Source: Negaprion brevirostris (taxonomy: Eukaryota). From it: 62,279 bases of DNA. Positions within the stretch are counted from its first letter, which is position 1, and each line of letters opens with the position of its first letter. The notes beneath the pieces are model-generated. The model was not told the origin of the DNA, did not search any database, and was given only the letters and a program-made list of their open reading frames with translations. Positions 1-12,187 of the stretch are shown here, in pieces. Made by a program: the position numbers and the translations under genes. The DNA lies in contig JARDVH010000031.1 of the NCBI GenBank assembly GCA_030324005.1, positions 70,548,011 through 70,610,289 on the forward strand, read 5' to 3'.

Positions 1-869
1 TGCAGGATGTATTATTGCATGCACAGGTTACTTAAACTCCAAGGGACAACACTTTAACATTTCTATCTAGCAAATGTCAGTCAGTATTTATTTTACCCTT
101 TGGCTACAGTTTAAGTATCAGTCCTTTAATAACATTTTATACCATCCAGTGTTTCAAAGATCAACAGTATACAAATTTGACCATTTTGGAGAGTGACAGT
201 GTTAAAATATTGACTGATTTATAAATAATAATGCTCAAACCCCAAGGACATCATTACATCATCAAATTCACTAACTTTAATGCCAAGGTTAAAAAAAAAA
301 CTTTAGCTCCTACAAGCAGAGAGTTATAGTCAATAATTCTTTCACTCTTGCCCTTTGGCTTCAAACACTGACCAGAACTTCAACTTCAGTAAATACTTTG
401 AGGGCGATACACATTGTGAATCTTTTCTGTCAATACTAGGGAATGGAATATTTTTCTACTTGTGTGTGTTAGCATGAAGTACTCTCTTGGCAGGAAACTA
501 TAGTAAAGTCCCCAGTCAAACTGAGCAGAAATCTGATTGCAGCATTGTGACATTGTCATTTCCTTCCCTATCTTTACAAACTTTCTGATCAAGATGGACA
601 TTTTAATAACCAGTAATGCTGAACATTGGGCAATTCTGTGCCTTAGATGAATCTTCTGTGAACTGCATTTAGAATGGCCTTACCCATTTCACTTGCTCAT
701 TTGTTAATAACTTGTATTCATTGAACGCCATTAACAGAATAAAATGTCCCAAGGCACTTGTTTAAGAAATCCAAAAAACCAGATCACTTAGCTGATAGGG
801 CACTACTCTGTAAAATGTGAGCATCTTCATTCAGACTACCATAGCCAATGGTCATTTAGAAAGAAAAGA

Positions 870-1720
870 ATGTTATTGTCAAAGCAGGTGTGATCTTACC
901 AGCTCACCACGCTGGTCGATTGCGCCTGGCATTAATCTGATTGCTATCTTACCGGCTATCTTTTTACCAGCGAGAACGGCTTTGCATCCAGAAAGGGTGT
1001 GAAGCCTATTGGCATAAAAACTACTACATTTAAATCCCCTTACCAAGATTGGAATGGCTGCTTCCCCCTCACAAGTGAGACGTTACGCTGGCGTGAATCA
1101 CTACTGCTCTGTAGTAGTGGAGATCAGGTGCCATGGGCACACAAGGGGGAATCGGAACCCACTGAAGCCCCCAGGGGTTTAGGGGCATGGCCATCAGTGT
1201 CCATTGGGCAGTGACCACCTGATACCATGACAGGGCCTGGTTGGGCACCATAAGTGTGTCAGGGCAGTGCCAAGGGGTGTGACATAAGAGGGGGTAGGGG
1301 ATGGGATAAGTGATCAGGGGTCCACCAGGGGACTCATCGGGAGGGTCCCAGTGCCCCATTGCTGGTGACCCATGTTGGCGTGGGTGTTGACTATGGCACC
1401 GCCGATGATGGAGTGCCGGTGGCGGGGGGGGGGGGGTCTGATGTCCATTGGGAGGGNNNNNNNNNNNNNNNNNNNNNAGATCACGCGTTTAATTTTTGGG
1501 GCACCATGCGCAATGGTGTACTTACCAGTGTACTTAGGCTTCCTCCTCTTCCTCACCCTCTTTCCCCCCAAACCACCCCATACTGGCGCAAAGTTCCCAG
1601 CTGTCAAGAAAACGTGAGTGCTGAAAGATTGCAGAGCCAAGTTCGCCCAAAAGACCAGCATGGAGGACAGTAATTTTCATGCTGTTATGGCACTTAGAAT
1701 TTTTTGGGAAAATTTCGCCA
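870..1720. mobile_element. GC-rich non-autonomous DNA element (MITE-like, probably Harbinger-related), right part
   Basis: The terminus ...cacttagaattttttgggaaaatttcgcc (~1690-1720) is the reverse complement of the terminus at 61901 and resembles the one at ~53960-53995. GC-rich degenerate interior; left boundary approximate. Confidence 0.55.
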
Positions 1721-1869
1721 AGCATCTTTTTGTGTAGCTGCTATTATTTTGTACGCAAACATGGTAGCCAATTTGTGTATAATAAAGTTTCACAATTAGT
1801 AATATCTAAAATGGCTAGATAATCTGCTTTTAAAGATGCTGACTGAGGAAACAAAACCCTTCAATAGTA

Positions 1870-2020
1870 CCTTTGGTTCCTTTACATCAATGGGCAGGAA
1901 GATCCATGGCTTAACATTACATCTGAAAGATGGTACCTCCAATAATGCAGCACTTCTGTCATCACAGTATAGTGTCAGCTTAGATTGTGTGCTGAATTTC
2001 TCATGTGGAGTGGGGGTCAG
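1870..2020 (-). mobile_element. Deu-type (SacSINE1-like) SINE fragment
   Basis: catctgaaagatggtacctccaataatgcagcact...gtgtcagcttagattgtgtgctga resembles the copies at 13125-13495 and 44030-44340. Confidence 0.55.
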
Positions 2021-2553
2021 GGAGGGAATGGAATTGTCAGAGTGAAGAATTAACTCGTGGGTACTGGTACATGCAGAAGACTGGGAGTGAGGGAGGGTTT
2101 GTAATAGAAGCAAGAATTGTTAGCATCTTGGGAAGTCAACATCCATATTTAACCATTGCTAAGTTCTGAGCACACAGGAAAACTCTTTGGAATGGGCTGA
2201 TCTGAGATAGATAAATACAAGAAGTAAATTAACTCTACCTTTAACCCTGGATTCTGGCCTGTAACTGCCAGTACTTGGGTGTGTCCAAGGTTGTGTGAAA
2301 TTTATCAGGTTAACAAGACAAGAGCACATCAGGAAATGGTGGGGCTAACAAAATTGATAGGCTGAAAAACCCTTAAATGTCAAGTTATAATAACTGTTTC
2401 TTTTTACATGTAAAGTAATGTTTTCCTCAAACAACCTGTTCTGAGGATGTGTTTTCATTACTTTGGGGCAGATTTCCAAGGCGTTGGAGGACTTCTTCCT
2501 TCTTAGACTTTTCTGGCTTTGATGTGAACATCTCAGTCACCCTTCTAAGCAGC

Positions 2554-3490
2554 ATGGGAGCTGGTTGTGCAACTTCATCTTGGACCTCCGCTGACGAACA
2601 TGAGGAACAGCAGTAGCAATACCAGCAGCAGCAGTGCGTAGTCTGCACATTCTCCCTGTGTCTGCATGGGTTTCCTCCGGGTGCTCCGGTTTCCTCCCAC
2701 AGTCTGAAAAATGTGCTGGTCAGGTGCATTGGCCATGCTGGATTCTTCCTCAGTGTAGCCGAACACGCGCCAGAGTGTGGTGACTAAGGGATTTTCATAG
2801 TAACTTCATCGCAGTGTTAATGTAAGCCTACTTGTAACACTAATGAATAAACTTAAACTTTAAAAATTTTAAGTTGCCTTCTCCTCAGTTACCTGCCACT
2901 CCACAGGACTGAGGGGGTGAACACATAACTCCTGCTCGCAGGAGATTGATATCATCAACACAAGGTTTTAGAGGCAGAGGATCAGCTTTCCGGAGACAGG
3001 TGAAAACCAGTGCCTCAAGTGGTTCAGACTCAGGTGGCAGATCATTGCAGACATCTTCACCCTCCTAGATAAAGACCTCCTTCTAAATGGATCAGGTAGG
3101 CATGTATTGCCAGTGCCAAGTTCACCAATTCACCTTCAACTCCTTCCAGGAATCTGCAGGATTTTCAATCCTCTGTGCACAGTTGCACAACTCAGATGAC
3201 CAATGTCGTTTTGCCAAAGTCAACAATCACGTCCACTTTTGCTACTGCTGAGGATAGCCAGATGAGTGAACTGTCTGATGTGCTGCTCTGATTGAATTAG
3301 AGCAAGTCATAGATTGCATCCCTGTGGCGATCAAAACACCCTTAGATCAATCAGCAGGATTCACCAATTAAAAGGGATTCAATTCTATTAATGTTCAGAT
3401 GGTATGTAACCACCAGGGTATTATCATGTATATCTACACAAGATACCCAAGAAGTTGCCACGATGCCCACTTTCTGCATCAAGTCAACTA
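2554..3490 (+). mobile_element. Decayed PIF/Harbinger (HARBI1-like) DDE transposase remnant, interrupted by a SINE
   Basis: 3303-3490 translates QVIDCIPVAIKTPLDQSAGFTN*KGFNSINVQMVCNHQGIIMYIYTRYPRSCHDAHFL, matching the Harbinger motifs IDCTHV.IK.P / NRKG.HS.NVQ.VCD / YPGS.HD. Upstream FRLRWQIIADIFTLLDKDL. In-frame stops present. Confidence 0.88.
2635..2870 (+). mobile_element. HE1-type V-SINE, 5'-truncated
   Basis: V-domain core gtctgcacattctccctgtgtctgcatgggtttcctccgggtgctccggtttcctcccacagtc and tail gtgttaatgtaagcctacttg...aataaac shared with other copies in the window. Confidence 0.88.
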
Positions 3491-3644
3491 CAAATTTTTA
3501 TAGATCCAAACAGAATTTGGATGCTTATTTGGAAGCAAGGGATCTAGTTGATTACATTTGAGGATTCCCACTATTGATTCAGGGGAAGGGTGACCTGTGC
3601 ATAGTTTCATCTGAAAGATATACTTTCCATAGCGGGAGCACAAT

Positions 3645-3825
3645 ACAGATTCACAGAATCCCTGAACCCCTACAGTGCAAAAGGTGGCCATTTGGCCCAT
3701 CAAGTCTGCGCCAACCATAATCCCACATATTGACCCCACTAATTCCCTGATACTAGGGTCAATTTAGCATGGCCAATCAACTTAACCCGCACCTCTTTGG
3801 ACTGTGGGAGGATACTGGAACATCT
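3645..3825 (-). mobile_element. HE1-type SINE 3' part with CR1-like tail, running into a gap
   Basis: gtcaatttagcatggccaatcaacttaacccgcacctctttggactgtgggagg matches the copies at 51510-51840 and 52166-52480. Confidence 0.75.
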
Positions 3826-5579
3826 NNNNNNNNNNNNNNNNNNNNNNNNNNNNNNNNNNNNNNNNNNNNNNNNNNNNNNNNNNNNNNNNNNNNNNNNNNN
3901 NNNNNNNNNNNNNNNNNNNNNNNNNNNNNNNNNNNNNNNNNNNNNNNNNNNNNNNNNNNNNNNNNNNNNNNNNNNNNNNNNNNNNNNNNNNNNNNNNNNN
4001 NNNNNNNNNNNNNNNNNNNNNNNNNNNNNNNNNNNNNNNNNNNNNNNNNNNNNNNNNNNNNNNNNNNNNNNNNNNNNNNNNNNNNNNNNNNNNNNNNNNN
4101 NNNNNNNNNNNNNNNNNNNNNNNNNNNNNNNNNNNNNNNNNNNNNNNNNNNNNNNNNNNNNNNNNNNNNNNNNNNNNNNNNNNNNNNNNNNNNNNNNNNN
4201 NNNNNNNNNNNNNNNNNNNNNNNNNNNNNNNNNNNNNNNNNNNNNNNNNNNNNNNNNNNNNNNNNNNNNNNNNNNNNNNNNNNNNNNNNNNNNNNNNNNN
4301 NNNNNNNNTCCTTGTTGCTTGCTGCACCTGCATGCTAACTTTTAGTGATTCCCAAACAAGGCCATTCTCCGTTTAGAGGGGAGTGGAAATGCTGCTGGCA
4401 GCGTTCCAGTGTTGAGGCTCCATCAGTATGATGCTGGTTCTTTCGCCATAATTGTAGAAATACTTCATTCTGTGCCTGGCCAGGGTCCCTTTAAATCAGG
4501 GCTTGAGTAGTCAGGTGTGGGTTGTCATTACGTCCACACACCAGTTTTGACTTGATAGGAAACCTGGATGTGGGATGTTAATGCTATGGTCAAATTAAAT
4601 AGCAACCTGCAAATCTACTCCATTATTTTTTCAGGTTTCCAACCAGCTAATGGCCTCCTCTACAGTGGGCAGGTCTGAATGTTAAAATTCGGTCTCTGCT
4701 GTGGAGCTTGAACCCACTAACAAAGAGCAAAAGGCTGTATCAATAGATCAAGATGCTTTCATTGTTACAGCACTCAAGATCACAAGAATTTTCTGTTCTA
4801 TTGAGGCTATGGTGGTCAGGGCACCACTTTCAAATCAAGATTATCACTTTGCACTTGGTTTTAGACTGGTGTTAATTTTCCTAAAATGCTAATTTCCATT
4901 ATATTGTCAGAATTATGAATTTTTTAAACTACTACATGTTTCTGCATGTCAGCAACCATTTGCTTTACACATCACAGGGAATACATTGGGCAGCACTGAT
5001 TGCAAGTCTGGCCAAGTATTACAGTTTTTCTCATCTATGTTTGATCTCCTTATACTTTATTAACCATTATCGGCTGAAAAACAATTTGAATACAGAGTGG
5101 AAATCTGCAAATGGTAGGATCAGGCTTAAGGAGTTAATAGTTTGAAGTACTTCCTCATTCTGATCAGATTTCTGTGATTGGATAAAATTGGAAACTTGAC
5201 AGGACAAATAAATGACAAAAAATTCTAGGTGGAATTTTTGGAGATATATCTAGCTCACTGCCATTACTGAAAGAGTGTTTGCAACAAATCAGTTTATTTT
5301 CCTTTCCTCCCGCACTCTCTAGCGTTTCTTTTCCAAAACTCAAGTGGTCATTCTTCAAGTGTGAATCTAGACAGTTGCCCATGATTATAAAATATTTTCC
5401 AGTGCTATATGCAGCGACACCAGCAGCAAACAGAAAACACCCCTATTGTCTGAATCATGGCCCAGCAGTGTGTGATCCTTTGTATTAGCTAGTGTCTTTC
5501 TTTTATAGTTTTGTGTTGCTCACTGCTGTTCACTAAGGTTCATGTTAAAACTGTCTAATCTAAATTTGCACAGGAACGA

Positions 5580-5677
5580 TTGAAAGGGATTTTCATTCCA
5601 TCAATCTGGGTTTGATTCAGTTCCAGGTCCCAGAGATGAAAGGACAGTGTGCTAACCCACTGCACCACCCAATCCCC
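5580..5677 (-). mobile_element. tRNA-derived SINE head, LF-SINE-like
   Basis: Minus strand gggtggtgcagtgggttagcacactgtcctttcatctctgggacctggaactgaatcaaacccag has an A-box and a degenerate B-box and resembles the recalled LF-SINE head (cctttcacctct.gg...gaatccagcccag). Confidence 0.45.
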
Positions 5678-6519
5678 ATATGACCAACCTCCAGTCACTG
5701 CTTGAAAATGTTTCCAGGTCATGATAAATACTGTACATTCAGCATGTGGTGACAGTCTTGTCAATCTCATTTATGTTTCACGGCCAGAATTTAACACTCC
5801 CTAAAATGAACCATAGATATAGAAAGGGAGCACCGATTCACGGAAACGCTGTAAGAGACAACTGACCTCATCATTCATTCAGGGAAGTAACAACTGCAAA
5901 AATATAAGAGCACACATTAATGAATTAGAAAAGGTTCAAATACTGGATGCAGCTGGAGAGTTGGCAACAGTTTCCCTTTAAAGCTCAGACCTAACCAGAG
6001 GAATGTGCAGTATGCAGGAATGATGAGGAACAGAACTGTGCACTCAGCATTCTGAAGTATTATGAGCTGGCATCTGAACCATTGCCAAGTTAATAGACAT
6101 TGAAAGATAATGACCTTGAAATTGTGTGTTAAATTGCGTTTTTGTTTTGCACATTTTTGACCTAATTGACAGGCGTTTACCATTTTGCAGAGTTAAACTA
6201 ATGGGATTCTTTTTATGTTAAAGTTTCATTTAAATAGCTACTGAAATTACAGCGATGATAAACCGGTCCAGTAAAAAGCTATCAATGAATTAATGCTGCC
6301 GTTGCTTTAGTTAACAAAATACCAAACGATTTTCAGAAAAGCACTGCAGTGTAAGCCAGTTAAGTTACTAGATTCTTTGGCCTTTTCGCGTTACGGTTTG
6401 ACTTTAGTCAAGAAACACATGCTTCCCATTGGGAATCCAGTTGAATTTTGGAATTGTTCTATGAAACTCTATTATATCTGATAAATACGTAAAAACTTAA
6501 AGAATTCAGGGAAAATAGA

Positions 6520-6840
6520 AGTTTAGCAGTAATGTCACTGAACAGTCCAGCTGCTGGAATTTAAATTCAATTAATAAAGTGTGGAATTGAAAGGTGCTCT
6601 TAGTATTGGCAACCATAAACTATCAATTCTCATAAAACCTGTGATTTACTAATGTCCTTTAGGGAAGGAAATCAGCCAGCCTAGTCTGGCATACATGTGA
6701 CTCCAGATCCACAGTAATGTAGTTGTTTCTTAGCTGCCCTTTGAAATGGTTGAGCAAGCCACTCAGTTCAAGGACAATTGGGAGTAGGCAACAAATCCTG
6801 GCCTTGCCAATGATGCTCACATCCCACAAAATAATAAATT
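6520..6840 (+). mobile_element. SINE-like / LINE 5'-UTR repeat (same family as 51900-52620)
   Basis: gtcctttagggaaggaaatc...gtctggcatacatgtgactccagatccaca...caagccactcagtt is shared with 52480-52610. Confidence 0.7.
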
Positions 6841-7084
6841 CCATATGATTGCGCAGAATACAGGAAGAAATGTATGCTTACAGTTGTATCTACACACAAG
6901 CAGTTCTGATACTATAAATTTACATTAGCTTTATTATCCTTATAAATATAATCTGTAGGCATAACTTAAATGATCATTGTAAGATATCAACCAACAAGAA
7001 GTCTACAAGCTATCCTAGTGCATGCAGGTATCCTTTTATACAAATATTAGTTGATTGCACTTAACCATATCTGCAGAAAGTGCC

Positions 7085-8260
7085 AACAGCTTAAGTATCT
7101 TGGGCTCTAAGTTGCAGAACAGGAGTCTGAATTGCGGACATTGAGTGGGCATTAGAGAGTGGGAGAGTTATCTGGACACTGTTCCAGAAGGCAGTCACTC
7201 GTTTTAGGTTAGGTAGAGCTCTAGACTTCGTCCTGGTCAGGGACAGGAGGATGCGACTGAGAGTCAGGCAGGGAAGGGGAACCTGCATAGGGTGATGAAG
7301 CTGCTTCAGTTGCTCAGTCTCTCCAACAAATACAAGGTGCTTGCAATCTGTGAGGATGAGGAGAAGAGTTGTAATGTTGATGAATGGACTGACCATGGTA
7401 TCTTGGTGAAGGAAGCCATTTAAGTGGAGGGAGTAAAGGGGGAATATGGAAGTGACAAGAGACAGCACAGTCAAGGGGATTGGATTGAAACTGTTTCCTG
7501 CAGTTGGGAGCATGAGTCCAGATGGCTGTGTTGCCTGCCTGGTGCCAGGGTCCAACATGTCTGCTCAGCGCTGGTGAGGAACTTGCAGTGGGAAGGGAAG
7601 GATCCTGTGGCCTTGCTCCACGTAGGTATCAGCAACATAGGTAAGACTAGGAAAGAGGTTTTGCATTGAGAGTATGAGGAGATGGACACTAAATTAAGAA
7701 ACTGAACCTCAAAAGGTAATAATCTTGGAAGCATTAAGTGAACCATGTGCAAATTGACAATGGGTAAATAAAATTAGAGAGGTTACTCAAGGACTGGTGT
7801 GGGAGAAATACGTTCTGGTTCATGGGGCACTAGCACCAGTACTGGGGAATGTTGGAGCTGTATCATTGTGAACTTGTACCATTGGGAACCTAAACAGCGT
7901 CCAGACCAGTATTCCAGCAAGCTTAATAACTAGGGAAATGGCAAGGGTTTTAAACTAAACAGTCAGGGCAAGGAATCAAATTTGGGAAGATGTGGTAAAT
8001 CAAAGTGCAGAGTCAAGGCAAATGAGAAATATGTTAACATGGGAAATGGTAAACAGACAGTGGCAGGAAGGGACAGAGAGTACAAATCGAAGAATAAATC
8101 AGCAGATAAGGCTCGAGGTTACAAAAATAATAAAAGAACAAAACTAAAGGCTCTGTATCTGAATGCACATGGCATTCAAAACAAAACAAATTAATTGAGG
8201 GTGCAAAGAGAAGTAAATAAGTATGATCCCATAACCATTACAGAGGCATGGCTAAAATCC
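7085..8260 (+). mobile_element. CR1 LINE 5' fragment: ORF1 esterase domain and start of ORF2 endonuclease, decayed
   Basis: SRWLCCLPGARVQHVCSALVRNLQWEGKDPVALLHVG (CR1 ORF1 SGNH-like) and LYLNAHGIQNKTN*L...YDPITITEAWL (APE N-terminus). Confidence 0.88.
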
Positions 8261-9070
8261 CACACAGGCCATGCACAGGCTGGTCCCTTTAAGATGTTGC
8301 AGGTGCATGATCATTCAAAAAAAAACTTAAGAGAGCATGCACTTAAATAGATCATCGTGCACTTTAATTTGACAATGAATTAGAGGAATACTCCTCAAAT
8401 TTCTTGCCACGTACCCTCAGCTCTGGCATGGTATTTTTTTTTATTGAACCTAACTTTCAGACATCTAACTTTCAAGGCAAAACAACTGATCCATTCAAGA
8501 GTTAACCTGCTAGGTGTTTGGCATTGATAACAAGTTTGGCTTAATCTTAGGTCAGCTAAACATCTGGAAAGAGATAGATGTGTTCACAACCATTTTTTAA
8601 AAAAATCTTGAAGTTGTTCAATGGATTTGACACACAATGCAAATTCAAACCACCTTAACACAGCAGTGTCTCAACATTTGTTGTCCCTAATGTAGTTCAC
8701 TGGAATCAGTCAATTCCTGTTCATGCAGCACCAGAAGCACTGGTTTTCCTGTTCATCCTAATTTAAATAAACAGAACATATAGTATCTAAACTTTTCTAC
8801 CTTTAAAGTTTTGAGGTTTAATTTTTTGAATTCAATTAGCAATGCTCAGTAAACACAAAACTTTTTTTGAACAGTAGCAGTTTTCAATTAGTGTTGTGAA
8901 TGTTTTGGCTTAGTTCTAACTTATTCAATTACAAAATAAAGATGGAAGAAACAGTTCAGATGTTCATTGCATTGATACTTCAGCCTGCAATGTAATGGGC
9001 AGCAGCTTGTAAATGCAACTTTTGATAAACAAATGATTATCAAGTTTTTCATGTTGATTAAATAAACTAC

Positions 9071-9162
9071 CTTAATAACATTCCTTCTTGCAAGATCTGG
9101 TCTTTTGCAGAAGTTTTGAAGCCTTTTAAACAGCTGTTCAGGTGTAGAATAGAGGTACATAT
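9071..9162 (-). CDS. GTDC1: GTDC1 coding exon (92 nt), probably penultimate
   Basis: tttacttacag|ATATG...ATTAAG|gtagtt. Translates (D)[30 protein letters not shown], cf. human [30 protein letters not shown]. Confidence 0.96.
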
Positions 9163-9637
9163 CTGTAAGTAAATCAGATGGATGTATTTGTGAAGCATGC
9201 CTTGGGGAAGGTATGTATGTAAACATTAAGTTACTTTACTGATTTACACTTGAATATTGTTCAGTTTTCCATGGGAATCTGAAACAAACAAACAGAGCAA
9301 AGTTGTGGTATTAGATCAAATGGATCTGTGGAAGGACATTATACACTTCGCAATGCTAAACTCATGGTGAACCACCTGTACCCTTGCTTGAAAATGAAGC
9401 TTTCTTTATCTCAATACTATCCTTCATTTGTTCTCCTGTCACCTCTCAAGTTGCAACTTGACAATTCTACAACTGTGCCACATGTAGGGAAGGTTCTGTC
9501 AAAATCAGCAAAAGGCAATTTCTTGGAATTGCTCTCACTCAGCCGCCATTATTTCACATCTAGCAATGTGGTGTTGATGGAACGGGAGCAGCTCCGATGA
9601 ACTTTATGGGCCATGTCTTCAGAAAGCAACATAGTGG

Positions 9638-9641
<4 letters not shown>

Positions 9642-9694
<53 letters not shown>
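9642..9694. repeat. (TG)26 microsatellite
   Basis: Uninterrupted TG run read directly. Confidence 0.98.
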
Positions 9695-9697
<3 letters not shown>

Positions 9698-11074
9698 GGC
9701 AGGCTTTAGTAAGGTGCCATCTTCAAAACAGACATTAACTCACTGGTGCCTCAAAATGCCAAGCAGAATAAGGATGCTGGCTTGGAGTTTGGCCATAGTT
9801 TGCTGATGTGCCTTTGAATTCATGCTGGCATTCAACTAGGCTCTTAAAGGGATGAGGGTTTTGTGGTGAAGACTAGAGTGCACAATTTGGCTATGTTCTG
9901 CCACGACACCCGTTTTGCAGCTTAGTACACATTGGATTAAATCCAGTACCAAGTTGCCAATAGAAACTTGGTAGAAAATTCTGGCAATATCCAACCCACT
10001 GGTAAAACAGCATTTTTTCCTAACAAAGGGTAGCCTATTCTACAGAGGCACAAGGTTTCTACAATGCACAGACTGCTTAAACAAATATACTGGCACACAG
10101 CAAAATTATCTGTAACACATAAATTTAATAAAGAATTCAATAAATTCAATAAGGTATTTAATAAATCCAATAACAAATGAAGTGGAAGCTTCTTTAACCT
10201 GTGAGTGTTTAGAATGTGGGAATTTCATGGAGTACAGCTTGGCATAGATGCCTGTAAGGGAATTTTGGATAACTACATGACAAGAAAGGAATAGGAGATG
10301 CAGTTGAAACTTAAGTGAAGTAGGGTTGGCGGCTTATGTGGCACATAAAAAACAGATTAGTTGGATTGAAAAGCATTGTTCTGTGCTATGGATCCTACGT
10401 AATTTTAAATTCTCTCTTTCATATAAGCATTCATTTTATAGGTCAAATCCTTTTTCCCTACAAGAAGAGTTATGTATATTGGCACAATCAACATAGTAGT
10501 TATTTATCAGAAAGATTCNNNNNNNNNNNNNNNNNNNNNNNNNNCCTAATAGGTAATAATGGCTTACAATTGCACAACTAAGGTATGAAATGAATAACTG
10601 GCAGATTCTTTGGGCTCTTGGGGCTGTTCCGATGAGCAATATTTATGCACTGAAAAGAAACTTTGTTTCATTCAGTAGTTTTCTTTGTTAGCCCTTTATT
10701 GGCTTAATTTAGTTCACGTATTTGGTTTATAAAAAAAGGATTCCTCGTGTTCTCAGCTTTCCAACATTTATAAATGTTTCATACTCTTTTTACAATTTAG
10801 CTCTGTAAAACATGCTTTACAATCACAATTTCGATTTAGAAACTTGAGCCTCTAAAACACATTGCATTTGGTGTGGCCTGGAACTTGACAGCAACAGGGA
10901 TCGCATCACTTAGAAGGCACCTTCACTGATAACATTCGATCCCAGTGATCCATTGGACTGATTTTAAATGTCTGAGGGAACTGTGGAGGATTTTCTAGAC
11001 TTTTTTTTATGCGTTCATGCCTTGCCCCTATGCTTGCTGACTTACACTGGTTCCCAGCCCAACAATGTTTCAGG

Positions 11075-11432
11075 TTTTTCATTCTTGTTTTTAAATCTTT
11101 GTTTTCACCTATGTCTATTTCTGTACTACCTCCAGCCCTGCAACACTCCGAGACCTCTGGACTTCAATTCCTGGACATCTCTAATTAAACTCATTCAACC
11201 ATTGGTCAAATGGTCAGCTGTCTAGTCCCTAAGCTCTGGAATTCCCTCTTATAAATTTTCATATGTCTCCTGCTTAATATTATTGCTCAAAACCTACCTC
11301 TTTAATCAATTTTTTGGCAGTTGTCCTAATATCTCATGAGTCTCAGTGTCAAATCTTTGATAGTGCTCTTGTCAAGTGCCTTGGGACAGTTTGAGATGTT
11401 AAGAATGCCATATAAATGTAAGTCATTGTTGT
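11075..11432 (+). mobile_element. L2 LINE 3' end
   Basis: cctccagccctgcaacactccgag...ccctaagctctggaattccct...aaaacctacctcttt...tataaatgtaagtcattgttgt; homologous to 17925-18375. Confidence 0.75.
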
Positions 11433-11603
11433 CAGCCCTAGTTTTTCTTCTCTCTGTTTGCTTGTCTCTTTCAAGATTGAGGGAAAAGAGGAATTAGTTA
11501 TAGTGCTCCATCCGTCATGATGTGGGGCAGGCTTGATGGAATAGTTGTGTGTTTCAAGTTTGTCAATTTCATATGTTCAAAAACGTTCACGCATGTAATT
11601 TAC

Positions 11604-11674
11604 CTGGAAAGATCTCTGGATAAACTAAGGCTTTAGGGCACAATGGGTAGCAACCGCAGTGAACTGCTTCCAAC
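11604..11674 (-). CDS. GTDC1: GTDC1 coding exon (71 nt)
   Basis: ctttattttattag|GTTG...TTCCAG|gtaaat. Translates (M)[23 protein letters not shown](D), completing EFFGVAMLE. Confidence 0.97.
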
Positions 11675-12187
11675 CTAATAAAATAAAGCACTTCAACAAG
11701 TTAATATAAAAATTAGAACAGAAAACAAAAATACACAGTTAAAATTACATATTACAAGGAACTCTCTTTGCTCCCAGTACTAAGAAATACAGCAGTGTGT
11801 AAAGTGATCAGTAAGGTCTTGCTGGAGTGCTTATCACACAAATCTGAGCACAATTGTTATCTTCACTCTCTTATTCTAGATTGAATTTGAAGTTTAAAAT
11901 AGTTGCATTTTAGTTACACATGGATTGTGTTCAGGTACACGATCTTAAAAAAAACTCTGCTTGTGTTTTTTGGTTGGGGAGAAGTGGTCAGTTATTGGTA
12001 GGAAACCAACTGTTCCTTAGCAGTAATGTGGCTATTTTGGTCGGTGCAGCCTAACCTAGAGACAGGAGTCCTTGCAAACAGGAACTGTGGTCAGGTTCTG
12101 TATTGAAGTAATATATATTTGCACAACAATTGAGATACGAGTCAGAGACAGATCAAGAATCCAACTGTGGATAATAATATACTTCGA

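Noticed and set aside
386-601. Minus-strand ORF (ISAQFDWG...KIFHSLV) as the GTDC1 last exon
   Set aside because: Only vague similarity to the expected C-terminus and no polypyrimidine tract at the candidate acceptor.
3769-4376. Long ORFs in the track here and at 26143-27114, 28463-28813, 36975-37235 and 57653-58028
   Set aside because: Artefacts of translating through N gaps.
10120-10178. AT-rich ~21-bp degenerate tandem repeat (LLNLLN-type ORF)
   Set aside because: Low-complexity sequence of under three units with no spacers; neither CRISPR-like nor coding.
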